From contig CBFHRN010000002.1 in NCBI GenBank assembly GCA_965658275.1, forward strand, positions 45,382 to 109,381: a stretch of 64,000 bases of DNA, given 5' to 3'. Shown here one piece after another: positions 47,423-56,869 of this stretch (positions are counted from its first letter, which is position 1; each line of letters opens with the position of its first letter). This DNA is from Croceimicrobium sp. Lineage in GTDB: Bacteria; Bacteroidota; Bacteroidia; Flavobacteriales; Schleiferiaceae. The position numbers were made by a program, and so were the translations under genes. Under the pieces are notes generated by a model. The model did no database searches, had not been told where the DNA came from, and was given only the letters and a program-made list of their open reading frames with translations.

Positions 47423-48646
47423 TTGAGCCGCACTAATAAGCTTAAGATACTAAACGACCCGATTTACGGCTTCATTACAATTCCCAACGAATTAATTTTT
47501 GACTTGCTGGAACACCCTTATTTCCAGCGCCTCCGAAGAATAACTCAATTAGGGCTTACCTACCTTGTTTACCCTGGGGCCTACCACACCCGCTTCCATC
47601 ATGCACTTGGTGCTATGCATTTAATGCGTAAAGCGGTAGAAGTTCTGCGCCAAAAGGGACATGAAATTTCCGCTGAGGAGGAGGAAGGTGTCTATATTGC
47701 CATTTTATTGCACGACATTGGACATGGTCCTTTTTCACATGCTTTAGAGAATTCCATCATCCCTGGCATCGACCATGAGGGCCTTTCCTTAGCCTTCATG
47801 GAAGAATTAAACGCCGAATTTGAAGGCAAACTCAATTTAGGCATCCAGATTTTCAAAGGCGAATACCCTAAAAAATTCTTACATCAGTTGATCAGTAGTC
47901 AACTCGACATGGACCGCCTAGATTACCTCCGCCGTGATTGCTATTTCACTGGTGTTTCAGAAGGCAAAATCAATACAGAGCGACTTATTACGATGCTGAA
48001 TGTTGCCGATGATGAGATTGTGGTGGATGCAAAGGGAATATACTCGGTCGAAAAATTTATTGTCGCCCGGCGCTTGATGTATTGGCAAGTCTATTTGCAC
48101 AAAACAGTCTTAGGGGCTGAATACCTGCTAATTCAGATATTGAAAAGGGCGCGACTCATCTATACCGAAAATATGGTAATGCCATCGGTCTTAAGACCCT
48201 TTTTAAGCGGGCAACTTCCCAAAAATCAGAAAGATTTGGTTTTACTCTATGCGCGCCTTGATGATGCTGATATTATGGCTGCTATAAAGGAATGGCAGTA
48301 CCATGAAGATGCCGCTTTAAGTCAATTAAGCACACGCCTGATAGATCGAGATTTATTAGGGGTTCGGATGCGTGAGAAGCCCTGGTCATCCGAAGAAATG
48401 AAAGAATTACAAGGGTCTGCATTGGAAAAATACGGTTTAAAAGAGGAAGCCGTTCGGTTTTTAATTTTCCAACAAGAAATTAGCAATAATGCCTATAATC
48501 CTGAGAAGGACCGCATTCAGCTCTTGTACAAAGATGGCAGTTTGGTAGATATCGCCAAAGCCGCGGATCAGTTGAATATTTCCGCTTTAGCACAACCCGT
48601 GATCAAACATTTTCTTTTTTGCCCAAAATCGATCCTTAAGGCCTAG
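47423..48646 (+). CDS. HD-domain phosphohydrolase (dNTP triphosphohydrolase/SAMHD1-like)
   Basis: NDPIYG, FQRLRRI, HTRFHHALG, LLHDIGHGPFSH, DMDRLDYLRRD; TTG start. Confidence 0.9.
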   Translation: MSRTNKLKILNDPIYGFITIPNELIFDLLEHPYFQRLRRITQLGLTYLVYPGAYHTRFHHALGAMHLMRKAVEVLRQKGHEISAEEEEGVYIAILLHDIGHGPFSHALENSIIPGIDHEGLSLAFMEELNAEFEGKLNLGIQIFKGEYPKKFLHQLISSQLDMDRLDYLRRDCYFTGVSEGKINTERLITMLNVADDEIVVDAKGIYSVEKFIVARRLMYWQVYLHKTVLGAEYLLIQILKRARLIYTENMVMPSVLRPFLSGQLPKNQKDLVLLYARLDDADIMAAIKEWQYHEDAALSQLSTRLIDRDLLGVRMREKPWSSEEMKELQGSALEKYGLKEEAVRFLIFQQEISNNAYNPEKDRIQLLYKDGSLVDIAKAADQLNISALAQPVIKHFLFCPKSILKA

Positions 48647-48656
48647 TCCTAATTTG

Positions 48657-48664
48657 TAATTTTG
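48657..48664 (+). promoter_or_regulatory. -7 box TAATTTTG, 5 nt before the lpxD ATG
   Basis: Consensus match in the 23-bp HD-lpxD gap. Confidence 0.6.
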
Positions 48665-48669
48665 CCCCA

Positions 48670-49680
48670 ATGGAATTTAGTGCCCAACAAATTGCTGACA
48701 TGCTCCAAGGGAGCATTGAAGGAAACCCAGAGGCTAGGGTCAATAACCTTAGTAAAATTGATGAAGGCAAGCCTGGAACGCTTAGTTTTTTAGCGAACCC
48801 ACAGTATACCAAGTACATATACGAGACCGATGCTAGTGTTGTAATCGTGGGAAAGGACTTTAGAGCAGAAGCAGAAATTAGCGCTACTTTAATCCGAGTC
48901 GAGGATGCCTATGGTGCCTTTGCACAATTATTAGAAGCCTACAATTCCATGCAAAATCAGGAAGAAGGCATCCACGAAAAGGCAATCATTCACGAAAGTG
49001 CCAAAATCGACAAATCTTGCTATATCGGACCAGGTGCGGTAATTGGCAAGAATACAAGCATTGGAGCAGGCACTAAAATATACGCCAATGTCACCATTGG
49101 TGATCAGGTGAAAATTGGTGAAAATTGCTTAATCTTCAGTGGCGCCCAGGTATACAGGGAATGTATAATTGGCCATCAAGTAAGTATCCATAGTGGGGTA
49201 ATTATTGGAGCCGATGGCTTTGGCTTTGCGCCGAAAGGTTCTTCCTACGCCAAAGTACCTCAAATCGGGAACGTTATTTTGGAAGATGGAGTCGAAATTG
49301 GCTCGAATACCACCATCGACCGGGCCACCTTGGGTTCAACCATTATCCGAAAAGGCGTAAAACTGGACAATCTAATCCAAATAGGGCATAATGTAGAGAT
49401 TGGTGAAAACACCGTTATTGCTGCGCAAGCCGGAGTAGCAGGATCCACGAAGATTGGCGCTAATTGCATGATTGGCGGGCAAGTAGGAATTAGCGGTCAC
49501 TTAAAAATAGGTGATCGTGTAAAGATTGCCGCTCAGAGTGGAGTCATGAATAATATCGAAGACGGCGACACCTTTATGGGCTATCCTGCATTCAAAGCTT
49601 CTGATTACCAGAAGTCCTATGTATATTTCCGTAAATTGCCGCAATTAATTAGGGATTTGCAGAAAAGCCTTAAAAATTAA
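48670..49680 (+). CDS. lpxD: UDP-3-O-(3-hydroxyacyl)glucosamine N-acyltransferase
   Basis: LSFLANPQY, GADGFGF, KVPQIGNV, IDRATLG, KLDNLIQIGHN; hexapeptide repeats. Confidence 0.95.
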   Translation: MEFSAQQIADMLQGSIEGNPEARVNNLSKIDEGKPGTLSFLANPQYTKYIYETDASVVIVGKDFRAEAEISATLIRVEDAYGAFAQLLEAYNSMQNQEEGIHEKAIIHESAKIDKSCYIGPGAVIGKNTSIGAGTKIYANVTIGDQVKIGENCLIFSGAQVYRECIIGHQVSIHSGVIIGADGFGFAPKGSSYAKVPQIGNVILEDGVEIGSNTTIDRATLGSTIIRKGVKLDNLIQIGHNVEIGENTVIAAQAGVAGSTKIGANCMIGGQVGISGHLKIGDRVKIAAQSGVMNNIEDGDTFMGYPAFKASDYQKSYVYFRKLPQLIRDLQKSLKN

Positions 49681-51074
49681 TGAGCCTTAATCAACATACA
49701 ATTGCCCAAGAAGGCAAAATTTCAGGTAGTGGTTTGCACACTGGTGCGGAGGTTGGTTTGCACTTTAAACCAGCCGCAGCAAATACCGGAGTTATTTTTA
49801 AACGCATAGATTTAGAAGGAGCACCAGAGGTAAAAGCTCATGTATCTCAAGTCACAACCACCGATCGCGGCACTACTCTACAAAATGGAGTAGCTGCAGT
49901 GAGCACGGTAGAACATGTTTTAGCCGCTTTAACCGGCCTCGAAATCGATAATTGCCTTATTGAAGTAGATGGCCCAGAAATGCCCATAATGGATGGTAGT
50001 TCTTTACCATTTGTGAAAATTTTGGAAGAATGCGGCCAAAAAGAACTAGATGAGCCTAGATCATTCTTAGAATTAAAGGAAAGCGTCCGCTATAAAGATG
50101 AAGACGGCGTAGAATTAATTGCCATTCCATCTGACCATTATGAAGTTTCTGTAATGGTCGACTATGGAACCAAGGTATTGGGTAGCCAAAGTGCCCAAAT
50201 GAGTCAATTAAGTGATTTCAAAGATGAGATAGCGGCTTGCCGCACCTTCAGCTTCCTGCACGAATTGGAATTCCTATTGGATAATGGACTCATCAAAGGA
50301 GGAGATCTTAATAATGCCATCGTTTACGTTGATCAAGAAGTATCTGAAGAAAAGCTAGACAAGCTCAAAGCAGCCTTCAATAAGGATAAGGTTTCTGTGA
50401 AATCGAATGGCATTCTCGATAATCTTGACCTTCACTATCCAAACGAAGCCGCACGACATAAGTTGCTTGATGTTGTGGGCGACCTTCGATTGGTGGGAAT
50501 GCCCATTAAAGCAAAAATAATTGCATCTAAACCAGGCCACAAGGCCAATACAACCTTCGCCAAATTACTAGTACAAAAAATGAAAGAGCAAATGCAAAGC
50601 GCTGACATTCCACAATACGACCCTAATACAAAACCGGTTTATAACGTAACCGAAATTATGGGAATCCTTCCCCACCGTCCTCCCTTTTTATTGGTGGATA
50701 AAGTAATGGAAATTAGCTCCGAACATGTGGTTGCGGTGAAGAGTGTTACCATGAATGAGCCTTTCTTCGAAGGTCATTTCCCGGGCGCTCCAGTAATGCC
50801 AGGGGTATTACAAGTTGAAGCAATGGCTCAGGCCGGGGGAATCCTAGCCCTTAGCACCGTTCCAGACCCAGAAAATTATTTAACCTACTTCCTTAAAATC
50901 GATAATGTTCGCTTTAAAAAGCAAGTAGTACCAGGCGACACCTTAATTTTCAAACTCGTTATGAATGAGCCAATTCGCCGTGGCATCGTTAAAATGACCG
51001 GGAAAGCCTATGTTGGGAAAATCCTAGTCTGCGAAGCCGATATGATGGCTCAAATCGTAAAAGAAAAGAAATAA
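49680..51074 (+). CDS. lpxC: Bifunctional LpxC deacetylase / FabZ dehydratase
   Basis: GLHTG, TVEHVLAA, RHKLLDVVGD, GH (LpxC); LPHRPPFLLVD, FEGHFPGAPVMPGVLQVEAMAQ (FabZ). Confidence 0.96.
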   Translation: MSLNQHTIAQEGKISGSGLHTGAEVGLHFKPAAANTGVIFKRIDLEGAPEVKAHVSQVTTTDRGTTLQNGVAAVSTVEHVLAALTGLEIDNCLIEVDGPEMPIMDGSSLPFVKILEECGQKELDEPRSFLELKESVRYKDEDGVELIAIPSDHYEVSVMVDYGTKVLGSQSAQMSQLSDFKDEIAACRTFSFLHELEFLLDNGLIKGGDLNNAIVYVDQEVSEEKLDKLKAAFNKDKVSVKSNGILDNLDLHYPNEAARHKLLDVVGDLRLVGMPIKAKIIASKPGHKANTTFAKLLVQKMKEQMQSADIPQYDPNTKPVYNVTEIMGILPHRPPFLLVDKVMEISSEHVVAVKSVTMNEPFFEGHFPGAPVMPGVLQVEAMAQAGGILALSTVPDPENYLTYFLKIDNVRFKKQVVPGDTLIFKLVMNEPIRRGIVKMTGKAYVGKILVCEADMMAQIVKEKK

Positions 51075-51075
51075 G

Positions 51076-51858
51076 ATGAATCAGCCCCTAGCATACGTCC
51101 ATCCTAGTGCCAAGATTGCCCCTACCGTGGTAATTGAACCCTTTACTACCATTCATAAAAATGTGGTTATAGAAGAAGGTACCTGGATTGGATCCAACGT
51201 TACTATAATGGAAGGTGCGCGTATTGGTAAAAATTGCCGCATTTTCCCTGGAGCCGTAATTTCTGCAATTCCTCAAGATTTAAAATTTGAAGGGGAAGAC
51301 AGTACTGTAGAAATTGGCAATAATGTAACCATCCGAGAATTTGTAACGATTAACCGCGGTACCAAAGCTTTAGGAAAAACGGTGATTGGTAAAAACTCGC
51401 TAATCATGGCCACGGCGCACGTTGCACACGATTGCGTCATTGGTGAAAATTGCATTATTGTAAATGGAGTATTACTGGCTGGCCATGTAGAAGTGGATGA
51501 TTGGGCCATAATTGGCGGACTTTGTGCCGTTCAGCAATTTGCGAAAATTGGCACCCACGCCTTTGTAGGTGGCGGCTCGCTGGTACGTAAAGATGTTCCA
51601 CCTTTCGTAAAAGCCGCCAAAGAACCTATTTCTTATGCTGGTATTAACTCTATTGGCCTGCGCCGAAGAGGATACAGTAACGAGATGATTAATGAAATTC
51701 AAAACATCTATCGCATTTTATTTCAAAAGAACTACAACGTTAGTCAGGCGATAGAAATCATTGAAACTGAGTTTGAGGCTACTCAAGATCGTGACGAAAT
51801 TTTAACTTTTGTACGTAATTCTCAGACCGGTATCATGAAAGGATTCCGACTGGATTAA
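51076..51858 (+). CDS. lpxA: Acyl-ACP--UDP-N-acetylglucosamine O-acyltransferase
   Basis: PQDLKF, IREFVTINRGT, AHVAHDC, LAGHV, KDVPPF, NSIGLRRRG. Confidence 0.96.
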   Translation: MNQPLAYVHPSAKIAPTVVIEPFTTIHKNVVIEEGTWIGSNVTIMEGARIGKNCRIFPGAVISAIPQDLKFEGEDSTVEIGNNVTIREFVTINRGTKALGKTVIGKNSLIMATAHVAHDCVIGENCIIVNGVLLAGHVEVDDWAIIGGLCAVQQFAKIGTHAFVGGGSLVRKDVPPFVKAAKEPISYAGINSIGLRRRGYSNEMINEIQNIYRILFQKNYNVSQAIEIIETEFEATQDRDEILTFVRNSQTGIMKGFRLD

Positions 51859-52478
51859 TGAAACTAAGCTTCCAGAAAGCCTCTCGACAATTTGGCAATC
51901 AAAACATTTTCAAGGATCTCAATCTCGAGATTGAAAATGGCAGTCGGTGGGCCATTTTAGGTGCGAATGGAAGCGGTAAATCCACTTTCCTTAAATGTGC
52001 TTATGGCGCCCTTAGTCTAACGGAAGGTCGAATCGAATATCAAGCTAAAGACGGGAGCCTGAGTCCTACTGAAGCTGCTCGCCGCATGGGTTATAGCGCC
52101 CCCTATTTTGAATTGATTGAAGAGCTTAGTGCGGAAGAGTTTCTAAATACCTTGCAAAAGTTTCGTCCTTTTCAAAAAGATTGGGTGAGCCAGCAAATTT
52201 TGGAAGCATGCCTTTTAGAGCATGCCGCAAAAAAGCGAATTGCTGACTTTAGCTCGGGGATGAAACAACGCTTACGATTAGGGGTCGCGGTTTTAAGCGC
52301 GGTAGACCTAGTTATTTTAGATGAACCCAGCTCGAATCTCGATAAAGAAGGTTTAGCCTGGTACCAGCATTTTTTAGAAGCGCATTTAAATAACCGGACC
52401 CTTTTAGTCGGCACAAACTACAGCGAAGATGAAGCCTTTCTTTGCGATCAAAAACTACTTATTACCGATTATAGCTAA
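51858..52478 (+). CDS. ABC transporter ATP-binding protein (no cognate permease adjacent)
   Basis: GANGSGKS, FSSGMKQRLRL, ILDEPSSNLD. Confidence 0.85.
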   Translation: MKLSFQKASRQFGNQNIFKDLNLEIENGSRWAILGANGSGKSTFLKCAYGALSLTEGRIEYQAKDGSLSPTEAARRMGYSAPYFELIEELSAEEFLNTLQKFRPFQKDWVSQQILEACLLEHAAKKRIADFSSGMKQRLRLGVAVLSAVDLVILDEPSSNLDKEGLAWYQHFLEAHLNNRTLLVGTNYSEDEAFLCDQKLLITDYS

Positions 52479-52486
52479 GCCTTTAA

Positions 52487-52494
52487 TACTTTTG
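52487..52494 (+). promoter_or_regulatory. -7 box TACTTTTG upstream of efp
   Basis: Consensus match 17 nt before the efp ATG. Confidence 0.55.
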
Positions 52495-52511
52495 CTTTAA
52501 ATATTTTGATA

Positions 52512-53078
52512 ATGGCAGATACTTCAGATATCCGTAACGGACTTTGCATCACCTTTAACGGTGCACCTCACCAGGTTATTGAATTTTTACATGTAAAGCC
52601 CGGAAAAGGCCCCGCCTTCGTGCGCACCAAACTCAGAAACCTTGATACGGGTCGCGTTATTGACAACACTTTCCCTTCTGGAAGTAAACTAGATATCATT
52701 CGTATTGAAAATCGCAATTACCAGTTCCTTTATGAGGATCCGAACGGTTGGCATTTCATGAACATGGATGACTTCAACCAAATCACTATCCCAAAGGAAT
52801 TAATTAACGCTCCTCAGTTTTTAAAAGAAGGAATGGAATGTCAGGTGCTCTTCCATGCTGATGAGGACCGCCCTTTAGTTTGTGAACTACCTCAAAAAGT
52901 TTCTTTGGAAATTACGTATACCGAACCTGGGGTTAAAGGCGATACCGCCACCAACTCATTGAAACCAGCGACGGTTGAAACTGGAGCAGAGGTTCGAGTA
53001 CCTTTATTTATAGAAAACGGTGAGAAAATCGTTATCGACACGGCTTCTGGATCCTACAAGGAACGCCACAAGGACTAA
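52512..53078 (+). CDS. efp: Elongation factor P
   Basis: HVKPGKGPAFVRTK, YTEPGVKGDTA, VPLFI. Start placed at ATG 52512. Confidence 0.97.
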   Translation: MADTSDIRNGLCITFNGAPHQVIEFLHVKPGKGPAFVRTKLRNLDTGRVIDNTFPSGSKLDIIRIENRNYQFLYEDPNGWHFMNMDDFNQITIPKELINAPQFLKEGMECQVLFHADEDRPLVCELPQKVSLEITYTEPGVKGDTATNSLKPATVETGAEVRVPLFIENGEKIVIDTASGSYKERHKD

Positions 53079-54019
53079 TGGACTTCCCTAAAGCCATAAA
53101 GCTATCTGAATTGGCAGAGATGCTATCCTGCGAATATCGCGGTGATAGCGATCATTTAACATATGGGTTTAATGAGATTCACCGGGTTAGGCCTGGTGAT
53201 CTTGTATTTGTAGATCATCCAAAATACTACGACACGGCTCTTAATTCGGCCGCAACAACCATACTGATTAACCAGGAAGTAGCAGTACCTGCAAAAAAGG
53301 GAATCCTGATAAGCAGTAACCCATTTTCGGATTTCAATAAGCTTACCCAGACCTTTTTTCCATTTCAAGGCTCGGGCACAATGATTGACCCAAGTGCTGA
53401 AATTGGGGAAGGAACCCATTTACAGCCAGGTGTTTTTATTGGACCTAATGTTAAGATTGGGAAGAATTGCCGCATTCACAGTAATGTGAGTATTTACCAT
53501 GATGTGGTTATTGGGGACAATGTAATAATCCACGCTAATACCGTAATAGGGTCTGATGCATTCTACTATAAAAAGCGAAGCAACACCTATGAGCCACTCC
53601 TGAGTGGTGGAACCGTTATTATTGAGAATGATGTACAGCTAGGTGCCTCCTGCACCATTGACCGTGGCGTTAGTGCGGTCACACAAATTGGACAAGGAAC
53701 CCGAATTGATAACTCCGTGCATATTGGACACGACACTATTATTGGTAAAATGTGTCTTTTTGCCTCGCAAGTTGGTATCGCGGGCTGCAGTACGATTGAA
53801 GACGAAGTTACCCTTTGGGGCCAAGTTGGAGTGAGTTCAAACATCACGATTGGCGCAAAGGCCATTGTTCTTGCCCAAAGTGGGGTTGCGAAGTCATTAG
53901 CAGGCGGTAAAACCTATTTTGGTTACCCGGCTGAGGAAGCTCGTAAAAGATTCCGTGAAATGGCCTCTATGCGCATTCTCCCCCAAATTATCGAACGCCT
54001 CGAGTTCAATGATGAGTAA
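53078..54019 (+). CDS. Second LpxD-like acyltransferase paralog
   Basis: FNEIHRVRPGDLVFVDHPKYY, IGSDAFYYKKR, IDRGV, IDNSVHIGHD; hexapeptide repeats. Confidence 0.85.
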   Translation: MDFPKAIKLSELAEMLSCEYRGDSDHLTYGFNEIHRVRPGDLVFVDHPKYYDTALNSAATTILINQEVAVPAKKGILISSNPFSDFNKLTQTFFPFQGSGTMIDPSAEIGEGTHLQPGVFIGPNVKIGKNCRIHSNVSIYHDVVIGDNVIIHANTVIGSDAFYYKKRSNTYEPLLSGGTVIIENDVQLGASCTIDRGVSAVTQIGQGTRIDNSVHIGHDTIIGKMCLFASQVGIAGCSTIEDEVTLWGQVGVSSNITIGAKAIVLAQSGVAKSLAGGKTYFGYPAEEARKRFREMASMRILPQIIERLEFNDE

Positions 54020-54049
54020 TTAATTCGAACTTTTGAAATACATAGAAAT

Positions 54050-54080
54050 AAAAAAGGCCCCGAAAAATCGGGGCCTTTCT
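54050..54080. terminator. Bidirectional intrinsic terminator (stronger T tail on the minus strand)
   Basis: 11-bp stem AAAGGCCCCGA-aaaa-TCGGGGCCTTT; T6 tail on minus, TTTCTTATT on plus. Confidence 0.88.
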
Positions 54081-54097
54081 TATTGGATTACCAAATA

Positions 54098-54280
54098 TTA
54101 ATGGAATGGACATACATAGTCCGAAGCCTTATTGGCTACGATAATAGCAGTCGCATCATTATCAATTGCACAAGTGCGGGCAACTTCATCATAAGTGATA
54201 CCGTCAATATCCACACCGCTGTAGAATGCTGGAACATCAGCTTCAACATCTGCAGCACTTACGTTGTCATTAATTAACAA
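54098..54280 (-). CDS. Candidate 60-aa acidic small protein (or 3' remnant of a larger gene)
   Basis: TTG start. Codons resemble the highly biased gene at 21009 (GCT, GAT, GTT, ACT, GGT, TTC). Stop is 17 nt from the terminator. 11 acidic vs 2 basic residues, Cys37 and Cys57. Confidence 0.5.
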   Translation of the reverse strand: MLINDNVSAADVEADVPAFYSGVDIDGITYDEVARTCAIDNDATAIIVANKASDYVCPFH

Positions 54281-54361
54281 TGGCCTTTTCTTAACAGTTC
54301 CTTAATATGACTGTTAAAGTTTAAAAAGTAGGATGTTTTTTTTTGCTTAAAAAGCGGGAAA

Positions 54362-55792
54362 TCAAGACGCTATTTCATTTTTCCTGGAATCAAGAAAAAC
54401 TAAGAAAGCTGTGAATCCCCAGACAGGAAGAGTCGCCTTATCCATGTCGAGGAAGTTATTTAGGAAGCCATGAGTCCAATAAGTAATCAGGCCTATGAGG
54501 CAGGCTAGAGCCAAAGCCTTCATATTTGGATCATTTGTTTTGTAATAAGCACTCATTCCTGTTCTCACCGAAAAGTAGACCAGTAGAAGCACTAATAGTA
54601 AGCCCATTATCCCTTGCTCGGCAAGAGGACCGATGTACTCGCTGTGCGCATTTCCCATATCGCCAGCATTAGTACTAATAATAGTTTTTTCAAAAGGCTT
54701 CTGATAGGGAGCATAAAGAAACATATAAGTACCTGGTCCATGACCCAGTACTGGCCGTTCTGCAAACATGCGAAAAGCTGACTTCCAACGATTTATCCGC
54801 TCCATATTAGAAGGATCGGTAGAAATATTACTGATAGACTCTACGTGCTCGCTTAAGTCGTCGCTACTAGTCGTGTCGTTTTTCTCGAAGCGCTTTGTAA
54901 TATCATCCTGAAAATAGAATAAGACCCCAATACCTGCGGCAATCAGTAAATAAAATATCTCGCGACGGAGTTTAATCCAAACCATGAAGCCTGCTAAACC
55001 GGCTGCCACCAAGCTGAGCCAAGCTGCTCGAGTGTAGGATAGAATCACCCCAACTAATAGTATAAGTAAAACCGTTCCCGCCAAAACCTTGCGATTAACA
55101 TCCCATTTTATGGAAAATGTAAAGGCCGCTGCAATAGGAATATATAATGCTAATACCGCGCCATAAGAGGTGTGCTCCTTAAAAAAGGGGAACATTACCC
55201 AAACGGAGGCGTCCTTTGTAAATCCCCATTGTGCGTGAACAACTACCGTATAAATCACAACCGCAGCAAGGGGCAGCAAATAAAGCCAAAAGAATAAATA
55301 AGTGCGCTTTGCCGTGTAAAAGAGCTGGCTCATCACGTAAAAAAAGACGCTCACAAACCAAATACGAGCCACCAAATATTTAGCACTAATCAATGGCATC
55401 TGGGAGGTCAAAGTGGTGACAAACATCCACAAAACTGAAGCTATTATGACCAACGAAAGGGGATGCCGGGCGATGCTTAAATCAAAATTTCCTTTGTAAA
55501 AGATTTTCGCAAAAAAAATGAGCATTATCCCAAACAAGAGAGGCTCTGTGGGTAAAGTGAATCCTATATGCAGCTGAGGGTCTAAGTAAAAGATACTAAG
55601 CGGTGTACTAAACACCACAAAATATAAGACCTTATCCAAAGCTAGAAAGGTCATTGTAACAATCAGCAAAGCCACAGGAATTAATAAAGCCCAATATTGC
55701 TCTGCAACAATAACGCCTACATTAAACAAGGCTGCAATAAAACCCGCTATGTAAATCGGTCTTTCGTCTTTATTTATTTTCCACCAAGACAT
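54362..55792 (-). CDS. O-antigen ligase/polymerase (Wzy_C/WaaL) family membrane protein
   Basis: Many TM segments, LSYTRAAW, SNMERINRW, GHGPGTY, NAHSEYI. Confidence 0.85.
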   Translation of the reverse strand: MSWWKINKDERPIYIAGFIAALFNVGVIVAEQYWALLIPVALLIVTMTFLALDKVLYFVVFSTPLSIFYLDPQLHIGFTLPTEPLLFGIMLIFFAKIFYKGNFDLSIARHPLSLVIIASVLWMFVTTLTSQMPLISAKYLVARIWFVSVFFYVMSQLFYTAKRTYLFFWLYLLPLAAVVIYTVVVHAQWGFTKDASVWVMFPFFKEHTSYGAVLALYIPIAAAFTFSIKWDVNRKVLAGTVLLILLVGVILSYTRAAWLSLVAAGLAGFMVWIKLRREIFYLLIAAGIGVLFYFQDDITKRFEKNDTTSSDDLSEHVESISNISTDPSNMERINRWKSAFRMFAERPVLGHGPGTYMFLYAPYQKPFEKTIISTNAGDMGNAHSEYIGPLAEQGIMGLLLVLLLVYFSVRTGMSAYYKTNDPNMKALALACLIGLITYWTHGFLNNFLDMDKATLPVWGFTAFLVFLDSRKNEIAS

Positions 55793-56826
55793 TAGGCCTT
55801 TTGACGAGAACTACGAATGGTATCCCAAATAAGAATAGCAATAAGCGTTAGCGTAAAAGCACCCAGCATACTCAGTGCCACTACTAACCAGCGAATAGGG
55901 TAGGTTTTTTTCTCGGCAGGATAGGCATTGTTTACTTTAAAAGTTGCCGGTAAGCTTTGCTCCACATCAACCTTCGCTTGGTCATAGGCAGTTTTCAATT
56001 TTACCACTTCTTCTTTCAGGTAAACCAGCTCATCTCGAATGGAAACGTAGGTGCCGCCATATTTAGCCAGGGTATCTAACTTGGCCTCAATCTTGCGAAT
56101 ATTGGAGGGCGCAGCATTTTCTATAATAGCGGTAGCCAATTGCTCATTTAGCACGGAAGACTGTGCTTCGTAATCATGCACCCCTTTGTATCGGAGAATG
56201 GTCAATGAATCTTCTAAAACCTCTAGACTCTTTTTAAGGCTTAAGTACTCTCCCTCGATAATTCTTAATCCTTGCATAGCACGTTCTCGCTGAATGCGGT
56301 TTTTCACTTTATCCAATAAACGAACGATGTCATTGGCAATATCCGCAGCCATTTGAGGATCAGTATCTAAAACATTAATCTCTACTGACATATACTCTGT
56401 TCTGCGAAATGAAATATTACTGGCAAAGGTTTTAAACAACTCGGTCACCACATACTTACCATCCTCATCAATCTCATAGTGCTGTATAAGGTCAAACTTA
56501 TTGATGATACTATCCCGAATTTCATCACTATATAAAATCTGAAGCAATTGCTCGGCCTCTTCTTCCTTTCCAAACTCCAAAATATCCTGTCCTCGCGTAG
56601 AAAACTTCTGAGGTAAGAGTGCTTTAGATAAACTATTAGTGGTTGATGGAAAAACCGTCACCGTTGATTCAAACTTTGGCTTAATAAAGGTAGGGCCACT
56701 AAAAATAGCCGCTAATACAGCCGCAACTAGTGAGACGATGAGTAAAGGCTTTCTCCAATTGAAGAGATAAACAATCAAATTGGTTGAATCGAAAACTCGG
56801 TCTTCGTTAGTATTCTGTGAATCCAT
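55792..56826 (-). CDS. wzz: Wzz/FepE-like chain-length determinant
   Basis: N-terminal TM plus FIKPKFEST, coiled-coil middle, C-terminal PAEKKTYPIRWLVVAL TM. Confidence 0.8.
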   Translation of the reverse strand: MDSQNTNEDRVFDSTNLIVYLFNWRKPLLIVSLVAAVLAAIFSGPTFIKPKFESTVTVFPSTTNSLSKALLPQKFSTRGQDILEFGKEEEAEQLLQILYSDEIRDSIINKFDLIQHYEIDEDGKYVVTELFKTFASNISFRRTEYMSVEINVLDTDPQMAADIANDIVRLLDKVKNRIQRERAMQGLRIIEGEYLSLKKSLEVLEDSLTILRYKGVHDYEAQSSVLNEQLATAIIENAAPSNIRKIEAKLDTLAKYGGTYVSIRDELVYLKEEVVKLKTAYDQAKVDVEQSLPATFKVNNAYPAEKKTYPIRWLVVALSMLGAFTLTLIAILIWDTIRSSRQKA

Positions 56827-56869
56827 ATAAATTGGTACTTAAGCCGGCAAAAATAGAAATAATCACCTG

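Noticed and set aside
36499-53078. Idea that the DHS-like enzyme hypusinates EF-P (PGKGP Lys) in this window
   Set aside because: The genes are 15 kb apart, and the DHS homologue sits with speA/speB, which fits homospermidine synthesis. I know of no support for EF-P modification by bacterial DHS homologues.
54098-54115. CPFH read as a Rieske CxxH box, or the ORF read as a lanthipeptide/RiPP precursor
   Set aside because: There is no first CxH Rieske box, and no modifying enzyme or peptide transporter is nearby.
54083-54277. Plus-strand 64-aa ORF MDYQILMEW...
   Set aside because: It starts immediately after a terminator and is the antisense shadow of the better-supported minus-strand ORF.
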